A program made the translations under genes and the position numbers. Source: Aquabacterium sp. (GTDB lineage: Bacteria; Pseudomonadota; Gammaproteobacteria; Burkholderiales; Burkholderiaceae_C). From it: a DNA stretch of 64,000 nucleotides. The stretch spans positions 60,417-124,416 of the forward strand of contig NZ_JAYRDZ010000005.1 in assembly GCF_041909175.1 (NCBI RefSeq), written 5' to 3'. Under the pieces are notes generated by a model. It did no database searches. It was not told where the DNA came from and was given only the letters and a program-made list of their open reading frames with translations. Each line of letters begins with the position of its first letter. The first letter of the stretch is position 1. Shown here piece by piece: positions 23,149 through 32,653 of the stretch.

Positions 23149-26100
23149 CAGTACTCCTTCTGCGCAAACACGATGGGGAACAGGCGGTTCACTTCCTTGA
23201 TGTCCTTCAGCACGTCGAACATGGCCTGTTTGACCATCTGCTCTCTGGCCACCACGCCGCGCCAACCATCGGGGCGCTTGGCCTTGATGGCAGCGTCCAG
23301 CAGCATCGCGGTGTCCAGGGCTTTGTTGGCATCGCCGTAAGGCACATCAGGTTGCTGTGCAGCGTCTGTGGCCACATGGTCCTTCAGGTTGTTGTACAGG
23401 GCCAGTTGGCCTGCAGTCTTCACTTGCTGAGGGGTGTCATCAGCCTTGCCAGCGCTCACCTTCTTGGCCACCTCGGCAATGCGCGCCAGGTAGTCCTCGT
23501 ATTCGATGGCCTTTTCTTTGCGCAGGCGGATGATCTCGTCCAGCAGGGCCGACATCTTGGCGAAGTAGGCCGGGTCGGTCAGCTGTTCCTTCAGGATCTT
23601 GCTGCGAACGTTGTTCTCGATCGTCTCGGCAATGGATTCCTGGTTGCCTTTCATGTCGCTCAAGCGCTCGGCGATCGCGTCGGCGATGCCGGTCTTCACG
23701 ATCAGGTCCAGCAGGCCGATGCCATCGAACGGCGAAATCTTCCGCGGTGCCTGCGCCTCGATGTAGGTGTCGATGAGGTGGCGCATGTCCGCCTCATAGG
23801 GCTTCAGGTCCAGCGTTTCTCCTGAAGCCTTGCGGATGATCTCTCGCAGGTTCAGGTAGTGCTTTTGCAGGCTCTTCAGGTTCTCGATCTGCTCGGGCGT
23901 GTAGCCTGCGGCTTCCAGCTCGTCGGCAATGCCAGCGAAGGCACGCACCAGAGCCACCACCGCCTTGTACAGCGCCACGCGGTGCGGCTCGCGGGCCTTC
24001 AGGTCGTCAGGGATCTCGGTGTTGCCGCAGAAGTAGTGGATGTGCTCCAGATCACACTTGGGCGGGTCCACCGGCTCACACAGCAGGGCCAGCGCTTCGA
24101 CTGCGTCGTCCAGTCGCGCGCGGCCAGCCTCAAGGCGGTCCTTGACCATGATCTCGGGGTCGGCGCCGCCTGCACTGTGGTCCAGCTCCGCCGTGTACAC
24201 CGCGATGGCCTTTTCGACCTTCTTGAACAGATCTTTGTAATCAACGATGTGGCCGAAGTCCTTGTCTTCACCGTCGAGTCGGTTGGTGCGGCAAATGGCC
24301 TGGAACAGCCCGTGGTCCTGCATCGACTTGTCGATGTACAGGTAGGTGCACGGCGGCGCATCGAAGCCGGTCAACAGCTTGTCCACCACGATCATCAGCT
24401 TCATCTGTGCAGGCGTCTTGATGAAACGCTGCTTCACGTCTTGCTCGTACGACTCGGTTTTGTTCATGCCCGGGCTGGGCGTCACGTCCTTCAGCAGCTC
24501 GGTGTAGGTGTTGTAGATGAACTGCTTGTCGCTCTCAGTGTTGGCGCCGGTCTCTTCCTTGCTGATGTCGGCGGCCTGTGGGTTGTATGAGGTGACGATG
24601 GCGCAGCGGCCTTTGAAAACCGTCTTGCCGAACAGCACGAAGTACTTGCAGGCCTCGTAGATGCTGGACGCCACGAGGATGGCGTTGCCCCTCTCGTTCG
24701 ACAGCCGAGGTTTGACGGCAAAGTCGAACACGATGTCGGCCACCACCCGGTCCATGCGGGCTCGTGAGCTGAGCACGTTCTGCATCGTGCCCCATTGCTT
24801 CTTCAGCTCGTCCTTCTGCCAGTCGTTCAGGCCCTTGGTCTTGGCTTCGAACCATTGGTCAATCTGGTCGGTGTTGCCCAGCTTCTGGTCGATGTCGCGG
24901 GCCTCGTAGACCAAGTCCAGCACCACGCCGTCTTCCACAGCCTCGGCAAACTTGTAGGTGTGGATGTAGCCGCCAAACACCTCCAGGCTGGTCTGAGCGT
25001 CTTGCTTCAGCAAGGGGGTGCCCGTGAAGCCGATGAACACGGCATTCGGCATCATGGCCTTCATCAGCCGGTGCAGCTTGCCGCCCTGGGTGCGGTGGCA
25101 TTCGTCCACGAACACGTAGATCTCGCCTTGGGTGGGGCTGGGCTGGGCGGCCAGGTCACGCAGGAAGGCTTCGAAGTCATCCACATCGCGGCGGCCGAAC
25201 TTGTGCACCAGCGAGCACAACAGGCGCGGGTTGGGCTGCGCCAATTGGGCCATCAGGTCGTGGCCGCTTTGGCTGCGGTGGATGGTTTCGCCCGCATCTT
25301 TGAACACGCGCTCGATCTGGCGGTCCAGCTCGTCACGGTCGGTGATGATGGCCACGCGGGCGGCGGGTTTGTTCTCCAGAATCCAGCGGGCCAGCATCAC
25401 CATCAGGATGCTCTTTCCTGCGCCTTGCGTGTGCCAGATGATGCCGCCGCGCCGCTGCTCCACATGCTTCTGCGCAGCCTTGATGCCGAAGTACTGGTGC
25501 ACGCGGGGCAGCTTCTTCACGCCGCCATCGAACAGCACGAAGTCGTGGATCAGCTCCAGCAGGCGGTGCTTGCTGCACAGCTTGGTCAGGTACTTGTCGA
25601 GCTTGTAGCCGTTGTTGTCGGCCTCGTCTTCCTTCCAGGTCAGGAAGTACTTTTCTTGCGTCTCGATGGTGCCGTAGCGCAGGCCTTCCGAATCATTGCC
25701 CGCCAGCACCAGTTGCACTGTGCTGAAGAACCAGTCGTTGAACTCAGGCTGCTGGTTCGACAGGCACTGGCGAATGCCTTCACCCAGGCCCACGCGGCTG
25801 CTTTTCAGCTCCAGCACACCCACGGCGATGCCGTTGACGTACAGCACGATGTCTGGCCGGCGCTCGTGGCCGCCTTTGAGGGTGACCTCTTCAGCGATGG
25901 CGAAGTCGTTCTTGCTAGGCTCAGCCCAGTTCACCAGGTGCACGGTTTCGGTGGCTTGCCCAGCCTCAACCCGTACGGACACGCCGTAGCGCAGCAGCTC
26001 GTACACCGCCTGGTTGGCGGCATACAGGGTGCGGCCATGCAGTGAGGCCTCAGACCGCAGCTTGTGCAGCGCCGCGCTGATGTGGGCGGGGCTGTAACCA

Positions 26101-26255
26101 CTGCGGGCCAAATAAGCCGACAGCAGGCCCTCTTCGATGCAGTGGTTGCCAGCACGCTCCGACCAATCGCCCAGATATTGGTATTTCAGTGTGTCGGTGA
26201 ACAGCTTGATCACCCGGTCTTGGGTGGCGCGTTCGGGTTTGTTGATGCTGCTCAT
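23148..26255 (-). CDS. hsdR: Type I restriction endonuclease subunit R
   Basis: RPDIVLYVNGIAVGVLELK nuclease motif, WHTQGAGKS, FVDECHR, GFTGTP, KLLTGFDAP and QAICRTNR. Confidence 0.97.
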   Translation of the reverse strand: MSSINKPERATQDRVIKLFTDTLKYQYLGDWSERAGNHCIEEGLLSAYLARSGYSPAHISAALHKLRSEASLHGRTLYAANQAVYELLRYGVSVRVEAGQATETVHLVNWAEPSKNDFAIAEEVTLKGGHERRPDIVLYVNGIAVGVLELKSSRVGLGEGIRQCLSNQQPEFNDWFFSTVQLVLAGNDSEGLRYGTIETQEKYFLTWKEDEADNNGYKLDKYLTKLCSKHRLLELIHDFVLFDGGVKKLPRVHQYFGIKAAQKHVEQRRGGIIWHTQGAGKSILMVMLARWILENKPAARVAIITDRDELDRQIERVFKDAGETIHRSQSGHDLMAQLAQPNPRLLCSLVHKFGRRDVDDFEAFLRDLAAQPSPTQGEIYVFVDECHRTQGGKLHRLMKAMMPNAVFIGFTGTPLLKQDAQTSLEVFGGYIHTYKFAEAVEDGVVLDLVYEARDIDQKLGNTDQIDQWFEAKTKGLNDWQKDELKKQWGTMQNVLSSRARMDRVVADIVFDFAVKPRLSNERGNAILVASSIYEACKYFVLFGKTVFKGRCAIVTSYNPQAADISKEETGANTESDKQFIYNTYTELLKDVTPSPGMNKTESYEQDVKQRFIKTPAQMKLMIVVDKLLTGFDAPPCTYLYIDKSMQDHGLFQAICRTNRLDGEDKDFGHIVDYKDLFKKVEKAIAVYTAELDHSAGGADPEIMVKDRLEAGRARLDDAVEALALLCEPVDPPKCDLEHIHYFCGNTEIPDDLKAREPHRVALYKAVVALVRAFAGIADELEAAGYTPEQIENLKSLQKHYLNLREIIRKASGETLDLKPYEADMRHLIDTYIEAQAPRKISPFDGIGLLDLIVKTGIADAIAERLSDMKGNQESIAETIENNVRSKILKEQLTDPAYFAKMSALLDEIIRLRKEKAIEYEDYLARIAEVAKKVSAGKADDTPQQVKTAGQLALYNNLKDHVATDAAQQPDVPYGDANKALDTAMLLDAAIKAKRPDGWRGVVAREQMVKQAMFDVLKDIKEVNRLFPIVFAQKEY

Positions 26256-26276
26256 TCGGCCCTCCCTGGGCGCGGC

Positions 26277-27461
26277 TCAGTCGTCTTCCAGAGGCAGCAG
26301 CCCCTGGGGCGGTGCCGGGGGCCATTGCTTGGCCTGGCTGCGCTTTTCATACCAGCGGTGCATCGCAGCATCTTCCAGCGCGTACTCACCACGGGCGGAT
26401 TTCCACACCAGGGCAGGCATGCGCTGACGCAAGGCCTCCAAGGCTCGCTGCGCCTGGGCAGCGTTCACGGGGTGGCCCACCTTGTCACGGTAAAAGCGCA
26501 GCGCTTCGGCGTCGTAAGGGCGAAAGCGTGGGCCTTGTTCCAGCATGCGCCACAGCACAGCTTGCTCGGTGGGTTTGAGGCCCAAGTAATCTGACTCCAT
26601 CTGCGCTTCATCTTGCGCCTGCTGTTGCTCAGCGGCTTGCAGCAGGGCAGGCTCGAAGCGCCCGTTCAAGGCTGCCAGCGGGCTGAGCACCTGGCCCAAA
26701 GCGGCCATGAAAAACTGAGGGCGGTGGCCGAAGACCTCGAAGGCCTGTTGCAACAGGGCCTGGTTCACTGGCTTGAGGTCGGGCCGCTGGGCCTCGATGA
26801 GCGCAGCCACATGGGCAATGAAGTCCAGTCCCAGAGGGGGCATGCGCTGGATTTGCGAGCCGTAAAACGGCGCGCCAGCCGTGTTGACCAGGCGCAGCAG
26901 TTTGTCGCGGTCTGAGCCCGACATGACCAGCATCAAGTTGACCTGACCGGGCTGGTTGAGCTGGTCACGGGCAGACTTCAATGCCGTCATCGCGGCCTCG
27001 CCAGCCTCGCTGGTGAGGGCGTGCTGAGCTTCGTCAATGATGAGCGCCACAGGTTGGCCCGCATGCTCGTGCAGCAATCTCAGGGCGTCGGTCAGTGTCA
27101 ATCCATCGATCTTGCCGATCTTGCTGGTATCCACTTCCAGCCCGCCGAGCTTGACTTTGTCGAGTCCGGCCTTGCGTGCGGTGCGCGCCACCAGGCCAAG
27201 CTGGGGCTCCAGGGCCCGTGCGATCGCTTCGGCAATCAATGCGCCTGGGTCACGCCGGGCATCGGCCCACAAATCCACATACACCACCACCACACCGGCC
27301 GCCTGCAAGGCGGGGCGCAAATCGCCCTGCAAGAAGGTGGACTTGCCGGTGCGGCGCGGCGCGGCCAGGAACAGTCCGTTGTGGGCGTCGCCCAGCAGGG
27401 CCTTGCCTTGCAGGGCGGCCACCAGTTCCTGAGCCAGGGCGGTGCGGGGAAAGGCGATCAT
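26277..27461 (-). CDS. P-loop ATPase with C-terminal winged-helix-like region
   Basis: Walker A APRRTGKS, Walker B LIIDEAQ and VMSGS. Confidence 0.85.
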   Translation of the reverse strand: MIAFPRTALAQELVAALQGKALLGDAHNGLFLAAPRRTGKSTFLQGDLRPALQAAGVVVVYVDLWADARRDPGALIAEAIARALEPQLGLVARTARKAGLDKVKLGGLEVDTSKIGKIDGLTLTDALRLLHEHAGQPVALIIDEAQHALTSEAGEAAMTALKSARDQLNQPGQVNLMLVMSGSDRDKLLRLVNTAGAPFYGSQIQRMPPLGLDFIAHVAALIEAQRPDLKPVNQALLQQAFEVFGHRPQFFMAALGQVLSPLAALNGRFEPALLQAAEQQQAQDEAQMESDYLGLKPTEQAVLWRMLEQGPRFRPYDAEALRFYRDKVGHPVNAAQAQRALEALRQRMPALVWKSARGEYALEDAAMHRWYEKRSQAKQWPPAPPQGLLPLEDD

Positions 27462-27464
27462 GCT

Positions 27465-27525
27465 GATTATTGTCGATTACTGTTGAAACGATAATTTATC
27501 CAAATGTGGATAAAAGTCAATAATC
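27465..27525. promoter_or_regulatory. AT-rich nested inverted repeats upstream of the ATPase, including a DnaA-box-like 9-mer
   Basis: GATTATTGTC (27465) with GTCAATAATC (27516-27525); inner TTATCCA-AATG-TGGATAA (27496-27513); TGTGGATAA is the reverse complement of TTATCCACA. Confidence 0.45.
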
Positions 27526-27569
27526 GGGCGGATGCTTCGGCCTGAGGCCGCCGCATGGCCAGTTGCAAC

Positions 27570-28517
27570 TCAGTGCCGGATCAGCTTGAAACTAACCTGG
27601 TAGCGATAGAAGCTGATGTTCGGCACCGCCAGCAGGGCCCAGCGCAGCTTCTGGTCATCGTCCAGCGCGATGATGGCGCCCTCGACCGTCTGGTGGGGCT
27701 CGGCGATCTGCTCCTTCACGTAGCCCATGTAGCGCAGGATCTGGCCGACCACCACGTCAGAGGCGCGACCACGCTTGAGTTCGACCACCAGCAGGCGCTG
27801 CCCGTCTTTGCTCACGGCCAGGATGTCGATGGGGCCGGCGTCGGTGGCGTATTGCTGGCCCACCAGCTCGCCGTCTTCCTCAACGATCTTGAAGTGCTGC
27901 GCCAGTTCGGTTTGCGCCCAGTTCTTCACCAGGAAGTCTTCCAGGTGCTTTTCCATGGCGAAGGCCACGGGGTCTTCCACCACCGGGTCGGTGGCCACGA
28001 TGCTGGGCGCGGCCTGGCCGGGCAGGGTCGAGAGGAACTGCTCGATTTCCTGGTGGTGGTCGGTGATGTTGCTCACCGTGCCGATGGAGCCGGTGGAGTT
28101 GCGCAGCGCCTCACTCATGGCGGCGCGGGCGATGGTGATGGGCAGCCAGTTCACGCTGCGGCGGTGGGGCAGCACCTGGCCTGGCGCATAGGTGTAGCCT
28201 CCTTGCACTTCACCCACGAGATAGTTGCCCGAGCCATCGGGGCACAGCACGATGTCGCCCGCTTCGATGCCTTTGGCCACCGTCCACAGCGCACCGCAGG
28301 CCAGGCCAGCGGCGATCTTGCTTTTGTCGGGGTGGCCAGCCAGGAACACGGGGATGAAGGCAGCGTTGAACTGCCTCCACTCATCGGGCAGTTGGCCGGT
28401 GAGGTCAACGTGGATGCCGAAATCGGCACCGATGAAGCCGGCTGTGTGGCATTCTGCTGCGTGCACGCTCTGGCGGCCCAGCATGACGCGGTAGTAGCGC
28501 TTGGCAGGTTTGCTCAT
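27570..28517 (-). CDS. NucS/DUF91-like PD-(D/E)xK nuclease with N-terminal EVE/PUA-like domain
   Basis: EKHLEDFL..NW and IDILA...LVVELKRG; N-terminal GDIVLCP...VGEV..Y.Y...HRRSVNW; ATG overlaps hsdS TGA. Confidence 0.85.
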   Translation of the reverse strand: MSKPAKRYYRVMLGRQSVHAAECHTAGFIGADFGIHVDLTGQLPDEWRQFNAAFIPVFLAGHPDKSKIAAGLACGALWTVAKGIEAGDIVLCPDGSGNYLVGEVQGGYTYAPGQVLPHRRSVNWLPITIARAAMSEALRNSTGSIGTVSNITDHHQEIEQFLSTLPGQAAPSIVATDPVVEDPVAFAMEKHLEDFLVKNWAQTELAQHFKIVEEDGELVGQQYATDAGPIDILAVSKDGQRLLVVELKRGRASDVVVGQILRYMGYVKEQIAEPHQTVEGAIIALDDDQKLRWALLAVPNISFYRYQVSFKLIRH

Positions 28518-29731
28518 GTGGTTGGCTCCACGAGGCGGATGCGGCCGGTCAGCAGGGCTTGGGCCATGGCTTGTTTGAGGGCGCGGGCTTTTGTGAGGCG
28601 CTCCTCGAGAGCTGCGATATTCACTTCAAGGTCGGAAAGTACCTCGACGATAGCTGTTTGCTCAGCTACGGTAGGCGGAAGGCGAACCTCGAAGGTCATG
28701 AACGTCGGCAGACGCAATGAGTCAACAGTTGCTTTGACTGAGTTCTCCATTGCGTGGGGGCCGAAGAAGACGCGCATGAAGAAATACACGAAACGACCTA
28801 GGACACTTTCACTAAAGTCAGTGATGCCATAGACGCGCTGATGCAGGGCAAAGCGGCCATGGAAGTAGTGAAAGATGCTGCCGATTCCACCTTCTCCCGG
28901 AATCAGAATTGCCTCACAGTCATGCGTGTAGGTATCAATCCGCTCAACACTTTGCGATCGAACAAAGAACGGGAATTCGCCATCCTCAACCTTGTCTTGG
29001 TTGTTCATCGAACCTGTTTTGATTCTTGCTATCTCTCCCAATGGGGCACAAGTCCAATCGCCGGCGAACCCCGGCAACCGCCGCTTGCCGGTGAGCAGTT
29101 CCTGCATGGTGCCTTGCTTGATCTGGCGCTTCTTGGTCAGCAGTTGCTCCAGCGAGTCGATCAGGGAGTCGGCGTCGGTGAGGGCGGCAGCAATGGCTCG
29201 CTGCTCAGTCGGCGTACTCGGCATCCCGATGTGTATCTTCTTGACGATCTCACCGCTGAGGTTCTCCTGACTTCCGCCATTGCTGAGGCTGCGGATGTAC
29301 TCGTAGCGATGGGTTAGGTTGTGTCGTACAAAGTCACCGTCCACGCCCTCTTCGAGCTTGATGCCAGCACATGCCTGGTTGGTTGTTGCTGCGATGCGCA
29401 GAACAGCACATTTGCCACGAGTCTTGCCTTGGCCATAGAGCGCGATGAGTAGCGTGCCCGCGGGTAGCCACTTCGCCGCTGAGTTCTGGAGTCCGGCTAA
29501 GGTGATGTGCTGGGCGGCGCTAGTTACTTGGCCACATTCAAGTTCTGCGGTTGTAACCCAGGGAATGTCGCCATCCCAATATGCGGTCACCTTGCGACTG
29601 GGTGTGCCACCAGAAGTCACTTCCGCCATGTCGCCAACCGTTTTGTCGAGCCAATCGATTGGAATGTCACCGGCCTCGGTTCGTTTGAACTGAGCTGTCA
29701 AGTACTTGACGTTGGGCTCCTTCACTTCCAT
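28514..29731 (-). CDS. hsdS: Type I R-M specificity subunit
   Basis: Two TRDs, each followed by P..EQ.AI...L.D.D..I..LE..L.K...KQ..MQ.LLTG..RL conserved helices. Confidence 0.95.
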   Translation of the reverse strand: MEVKEPNVKYLTAQFKRTEAGDIPIDWLDKTVGDMAEVTSGGTPSRKVTAYWDGDIPWVTTAELECGQVTSAAQHITLAGLQNSAAKWLPAGTLLIALYGQGKTRGKCAVLRIAATTNQACAGIKLEEGVDGDFVRHNLTHRYEYIRSLSNGGSQENLSGEIVKKIHIGMPSTPTEQRAIAAALTDADSLIDSLEQLLTKKRQIKQGTMQELLTGKRRLPGFAGDWTCAPLGEIARIKTGSMNNQDKVEDGEFPFFVRSQSVERIDTYTHDCEAILIPGEGGIGSIFHYFHGRFALHQRVYGITDFSESVLGRFVYFFMRVFFGPHAMENSVKATVDSLRLPTFMTFEVRLPPTVAEQTAIVEVLSDLEVNIAALEERLTKARALKQAMAQALLTGRIRLVEPTT

Positions 29732-32151
29732 GTAAACCCCATCATCGCCAGATGACCAGCCACCCGCGCCTCCAGGTAATCCACCTGCTGCGCCATCTCC
29801 GGCATCGTCTGGCCATACCGCTCGGCCAATTCTTTCACCCGCCCCGTCAACGCCTGGCTCACACGGTCCAGCTCGCCATGCACTGCGGCATCCAGCGCAG
29901 TCATCCACTTGTGGTCTATCACCAGCGTCTTTACCTCATCGGTAGTCAGTGTGGCGTAACGCGCCAGTGCCATCGCGTCCAGCTCGGCATCCAGTGTCTT
30001 GATGCGCTTCTTCAGGCTGCTCACCTGCTCTGAAAAGACCGCCCAACGCTTGAGCACGGCCAGTTCTTCGGCGGCATCCGGATCTGGCCCGATCTCCTTG
30101 ATGCGCGACTTCACTTCCTTGTCGTTGATCTTGTCGAAGCCGTTGAACACGGCATCGTCGCCGCTGTGCTCTTCTTCCAGTTCGGTTTGCGCAGCCTGGG
30201 CGCTGTCCAGCTCGGCCGTCAGCTTGTCCAGTTCGGCTTGCTCGGCCGCGAAGTGGTGCTGCACCAGCAAGGCCTTGGGTACGAGGTCGCAGGCCCAGCC
30301 TTTGTCCACGGTCTTGCCGGGCGTGCCATCCTTGTTTTTCTTGGTCTCCAGCACGCGGTAGGGCTCGGCCTTCCAGCCGTCTTCGGCAATCAGGTAGGCG
30401 TCGTCTTGCATCGTGTTGGCCCAGTAGTCCGTCAGGTGCTGGTACACGGCATAGGGGTCGATCAGGGCCCGGGCTGTGGGCTGGTGCTCGTAGTGCGCCA
30501 GCAGACCTTCGGCCAGCTCATGGATCAGCTCTTTAGGGTGGAAGCCGGGTGCCAGCGTTTTCAGCCGTTGGGTCGCGGGTGTTCGCCACGCATCGAAGTG
30601 CCCGTTCATGGCCTGGGTGAAGGCCTGGAACTCGGCGTGATGGTGGATGGTGGCTTTGATGGCCGCAGGCGCCACCGTCAAGTCCACATAGCCGGGGCGA
30701 CGGGGTTTGAACAGGGCAGCCTGCATCTGCGGGCAAACGGCCCAGTAGCGGCCCAGCGCTTGCACATCGGCCTCGGGAATGCCGCCGTTCAGGTGGGCAT
30801 CAATGTCCTGCTGGTCTTCGGGCGTGCTGCTGTCGATATAGCGCGGCAGGTTGAGGTTGAAGTCGTTCTTCTCGATCTCGTCCAGCCCCACCATGCGGGC
30901 GTAGCGCGGGTCGCTGTCGTCCAGCTGGGTGAAGGTGTCCACGATGCGGTGGATGTCGCGCTCGCGCAGGCGGTTCTTGGGGCCGTCTTTCATGAAGCCT
31001 TGCGAGGCGTCGATCATGAAGATGCCTTTGCGCGCCGCTGCACCGCCCTTGTCGATGACGATGATGCAGGCCGGGATGCCGGTGCCGTAGAACAGGTTGG
31101 CGGGCAGGCCGATGATGGCCTGGATCAGGCCGCGCCGCACCAGGCTCTTGCGGATCTCGGCTTCGGCATTGCCCCGGAACAGCACGCCGTGCGGCAAGAT
31201 GCACGCGCCCCGGCCGGTGCTCTTGAGCGAGCGGATGATGTGCAGCAGGTAGGCGTAGTCGCCTTGTTTGTCGGGCGGGATGCCGTGGCCGTCGAAGCGG
31301 CCAAAGGCGTCGGCTTGCGGGGTGAGGCCGGTGCTCCAGCGCTTGTCAGAAAACGGCGGGTTGGCCACCACGTAGTCGAAAGTCTTGAGCTGGTCGCCGT
31401 CCAGGAACTTGGGGTCGGCCAGGGTGTTGCCTTGCTCGATCACGGCACCGGGGTTGTGGTGCAGGATCATGTTCATGCGGGCCAGGCCGCTGGTGACTTC
31501 TTCCTTTTCCTGGCCGTACACGCTCACCTCGGTGGGTGCTGCCTCAGTCACTTTCAGCAGCAGGGAACCTGAACCGCAGGTCGGGTCATACACGGTGGTG
31601 TCGGGGCTGGTCTTGGCTTTGGCAATGCCCAGCACCTGGGCCATCACGCGGCTGACTTCGGCCGGGGTGTAGAACTGCCCCTTGCTCTTGCCACTTTCGG
31701 TGGCGAAGTGGCGCATCAGGTATTCGTAGGCATCGCCCAGGATGTCGTCGCCATCGGCGCGGTGGCGCGTGAAATCCAGGTCGCGCGATTCGAAGATGCC
31801 GATCAGATTGGTGAGCTTGTCAACCTTCTCTTTGCCTGAGCCCAGCAGGGCATCGTCGTTGAAGTCGGCCTTGATGCGCAGGCGGTTGGCTTCTTCCAGT
31901 GGGCGAACGATTTTCTTGTTGATCTGGTCGCCAATGTCGCTGCGGCCCTTGAGGGCCACCATGTCGGCAAAGCTCGCGCCTTCGGGGATCTGGATGGGGG
32001 CAAACGGTTGGCCAGCGTACTTGTCGCTGATGTACTTGATGAACAGCAGGACCAGCACGTAGTCCTTGTACTGGCTGGCGTCCATGCCGCCACGCAGCTC
32101 GTCGCATGAGGCCCAGAGTTTGGAATAGAGGTCTGACTTCTTGATGGGCAT
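29722..32151 (-). CDS. hsdM: Type I R-M N6-adenine methyltransferase
   Basis: LWASCDELRGGMD, GQFYTP, YDPTCGSGSLL, VANPPF and PHGVLFRG; start at MPIKKSDLY. Confidence 0.97.
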   Translation of the reverse strand: MPIKKSDLYSKLWASCDELRGGMDASQYKDYVLVLLFIKYISDKYAGQPFAPIQIPEGASFADMVALKGRSDIGDQINKKIVRPLEEANRLRIKADFNDDALLGSGKEKVDKLTNLIGIFESRDLDFTRHRADGDDILGDAYEYLMRHFATESGKSKGQFYTPAEVSRVMAQVLGIAKAKTSPDTTVYDPTCGSGSLLLKVTEAAPTEVSVYGQEKEEVTSGLARMNMILHHNPGAVIEQGNTLADPKFLDGDQLKTFDYVVANPPFSDKRWSTGLTPQADAFGRFDGHGIPPDKQGDYAYLLHIIRSLKSTGRGACILPHGVLFRGNAEAEIRKSLVRRGLIQAIIGLPANLFYGTGIPACIIVIDKGGAAARKGIFMIDASQGFMKDGPKNRLRERDIHRIVDTFTQLDDSDPRYARMVGLDEIEKNDFNLNLPRYIDSSTPEDQQDIDAHLNGGIPEADVQALGRYWAVCPQMQAALFKPRRPGYVDLTVAPAAIKATIHHHAEFQAFTQAMNGHFDAWRTPATQRLKTLAPGFHPKELIHELAEGLLAHYEHQPTARALIDPYAVYQHLTDYWANTMQDDAYLIAEDGWKAEPYRVLETKKNKDGTPGKTVDKGWACDLVPKALLVQHHFAAEQAELDKLTAELDSAQAAQTELEEEHSGDDAVFNGFDKINDKEVKSRIKEIGPDPDAAEELAVLKRWAVFSEQVSSLKKRIKTLDAELDAMALARYATLTTDEVKTLVIDHKWMTALDAAVHGELDRVSQALTGRVKELAERYGQTMPEMAQQVDYLEARVAGHLAMMGFTWK

Positions 32152-32326
32152 GAGAGAACTGAATCCAGGGATACATTTATGCGAATAGCGATATTTTCGA
32201 CGACAGCGAGCGCTGTTGGTTCCATGTGCGCTGCTGAGAGGTTGAGCATGATTTGGGTTTGCAGGGCACGGGCCTACCCCCTTCAGATGATTGCCAATTT
32301 TTGTGGCAGAGCCAAGGCGAGCGGAT

Positions 32327-32452
32327 TGTCTGCATTTTGCTGCTGACAGGCCTTGTCCCGCATCTATGGGACAAGACCTCCTGCCTGCCTGTGTCACGAT
32401 GGGCTGACTGACGGCGGGTGAAGAAAGGGTGTCCCGCATGAAGGGGACACCC
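32327..32452. repeat. Array of TGTC-Nx-GACA inverted repeats (res-site-like)
   Basis: TGTC-N14-GACA (from 32327), CTTGTCCC-GCATCTAT-GGGACAAG (32352-32375), TGTC-N10-GACT (from about 32392) and GGGTGTCCC-GCATGAAG-GGGACACCC (32427-32452). Confidence 0.6.
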
Positions 32453-32653
32453 GTGCACGTTACTGAGGCTCCCGCGTTGGATGAGCAGGCCGCCAGATGT
32501 CTGACCACCGGCCGCAAGGAGCTTCAGATATGGACCACGTCCATCGGCAGTGCACGGCACGCCATGTCGATCAGGCTGTGACCGTGAACCGCTGTCGCTT
32601 CTTGTCCAGGCAAGCGGGCATGGTGTCGCATGTGCAATTGCCACGTCCCTAGT

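Noticed and set aside
32152-32517. N-terminal extension of the hsdM ORF
   Set aside because: HsdM similarity starts at MPIKKSDLY; the extension overlaps AT-rich and palindromic regulatory sequence
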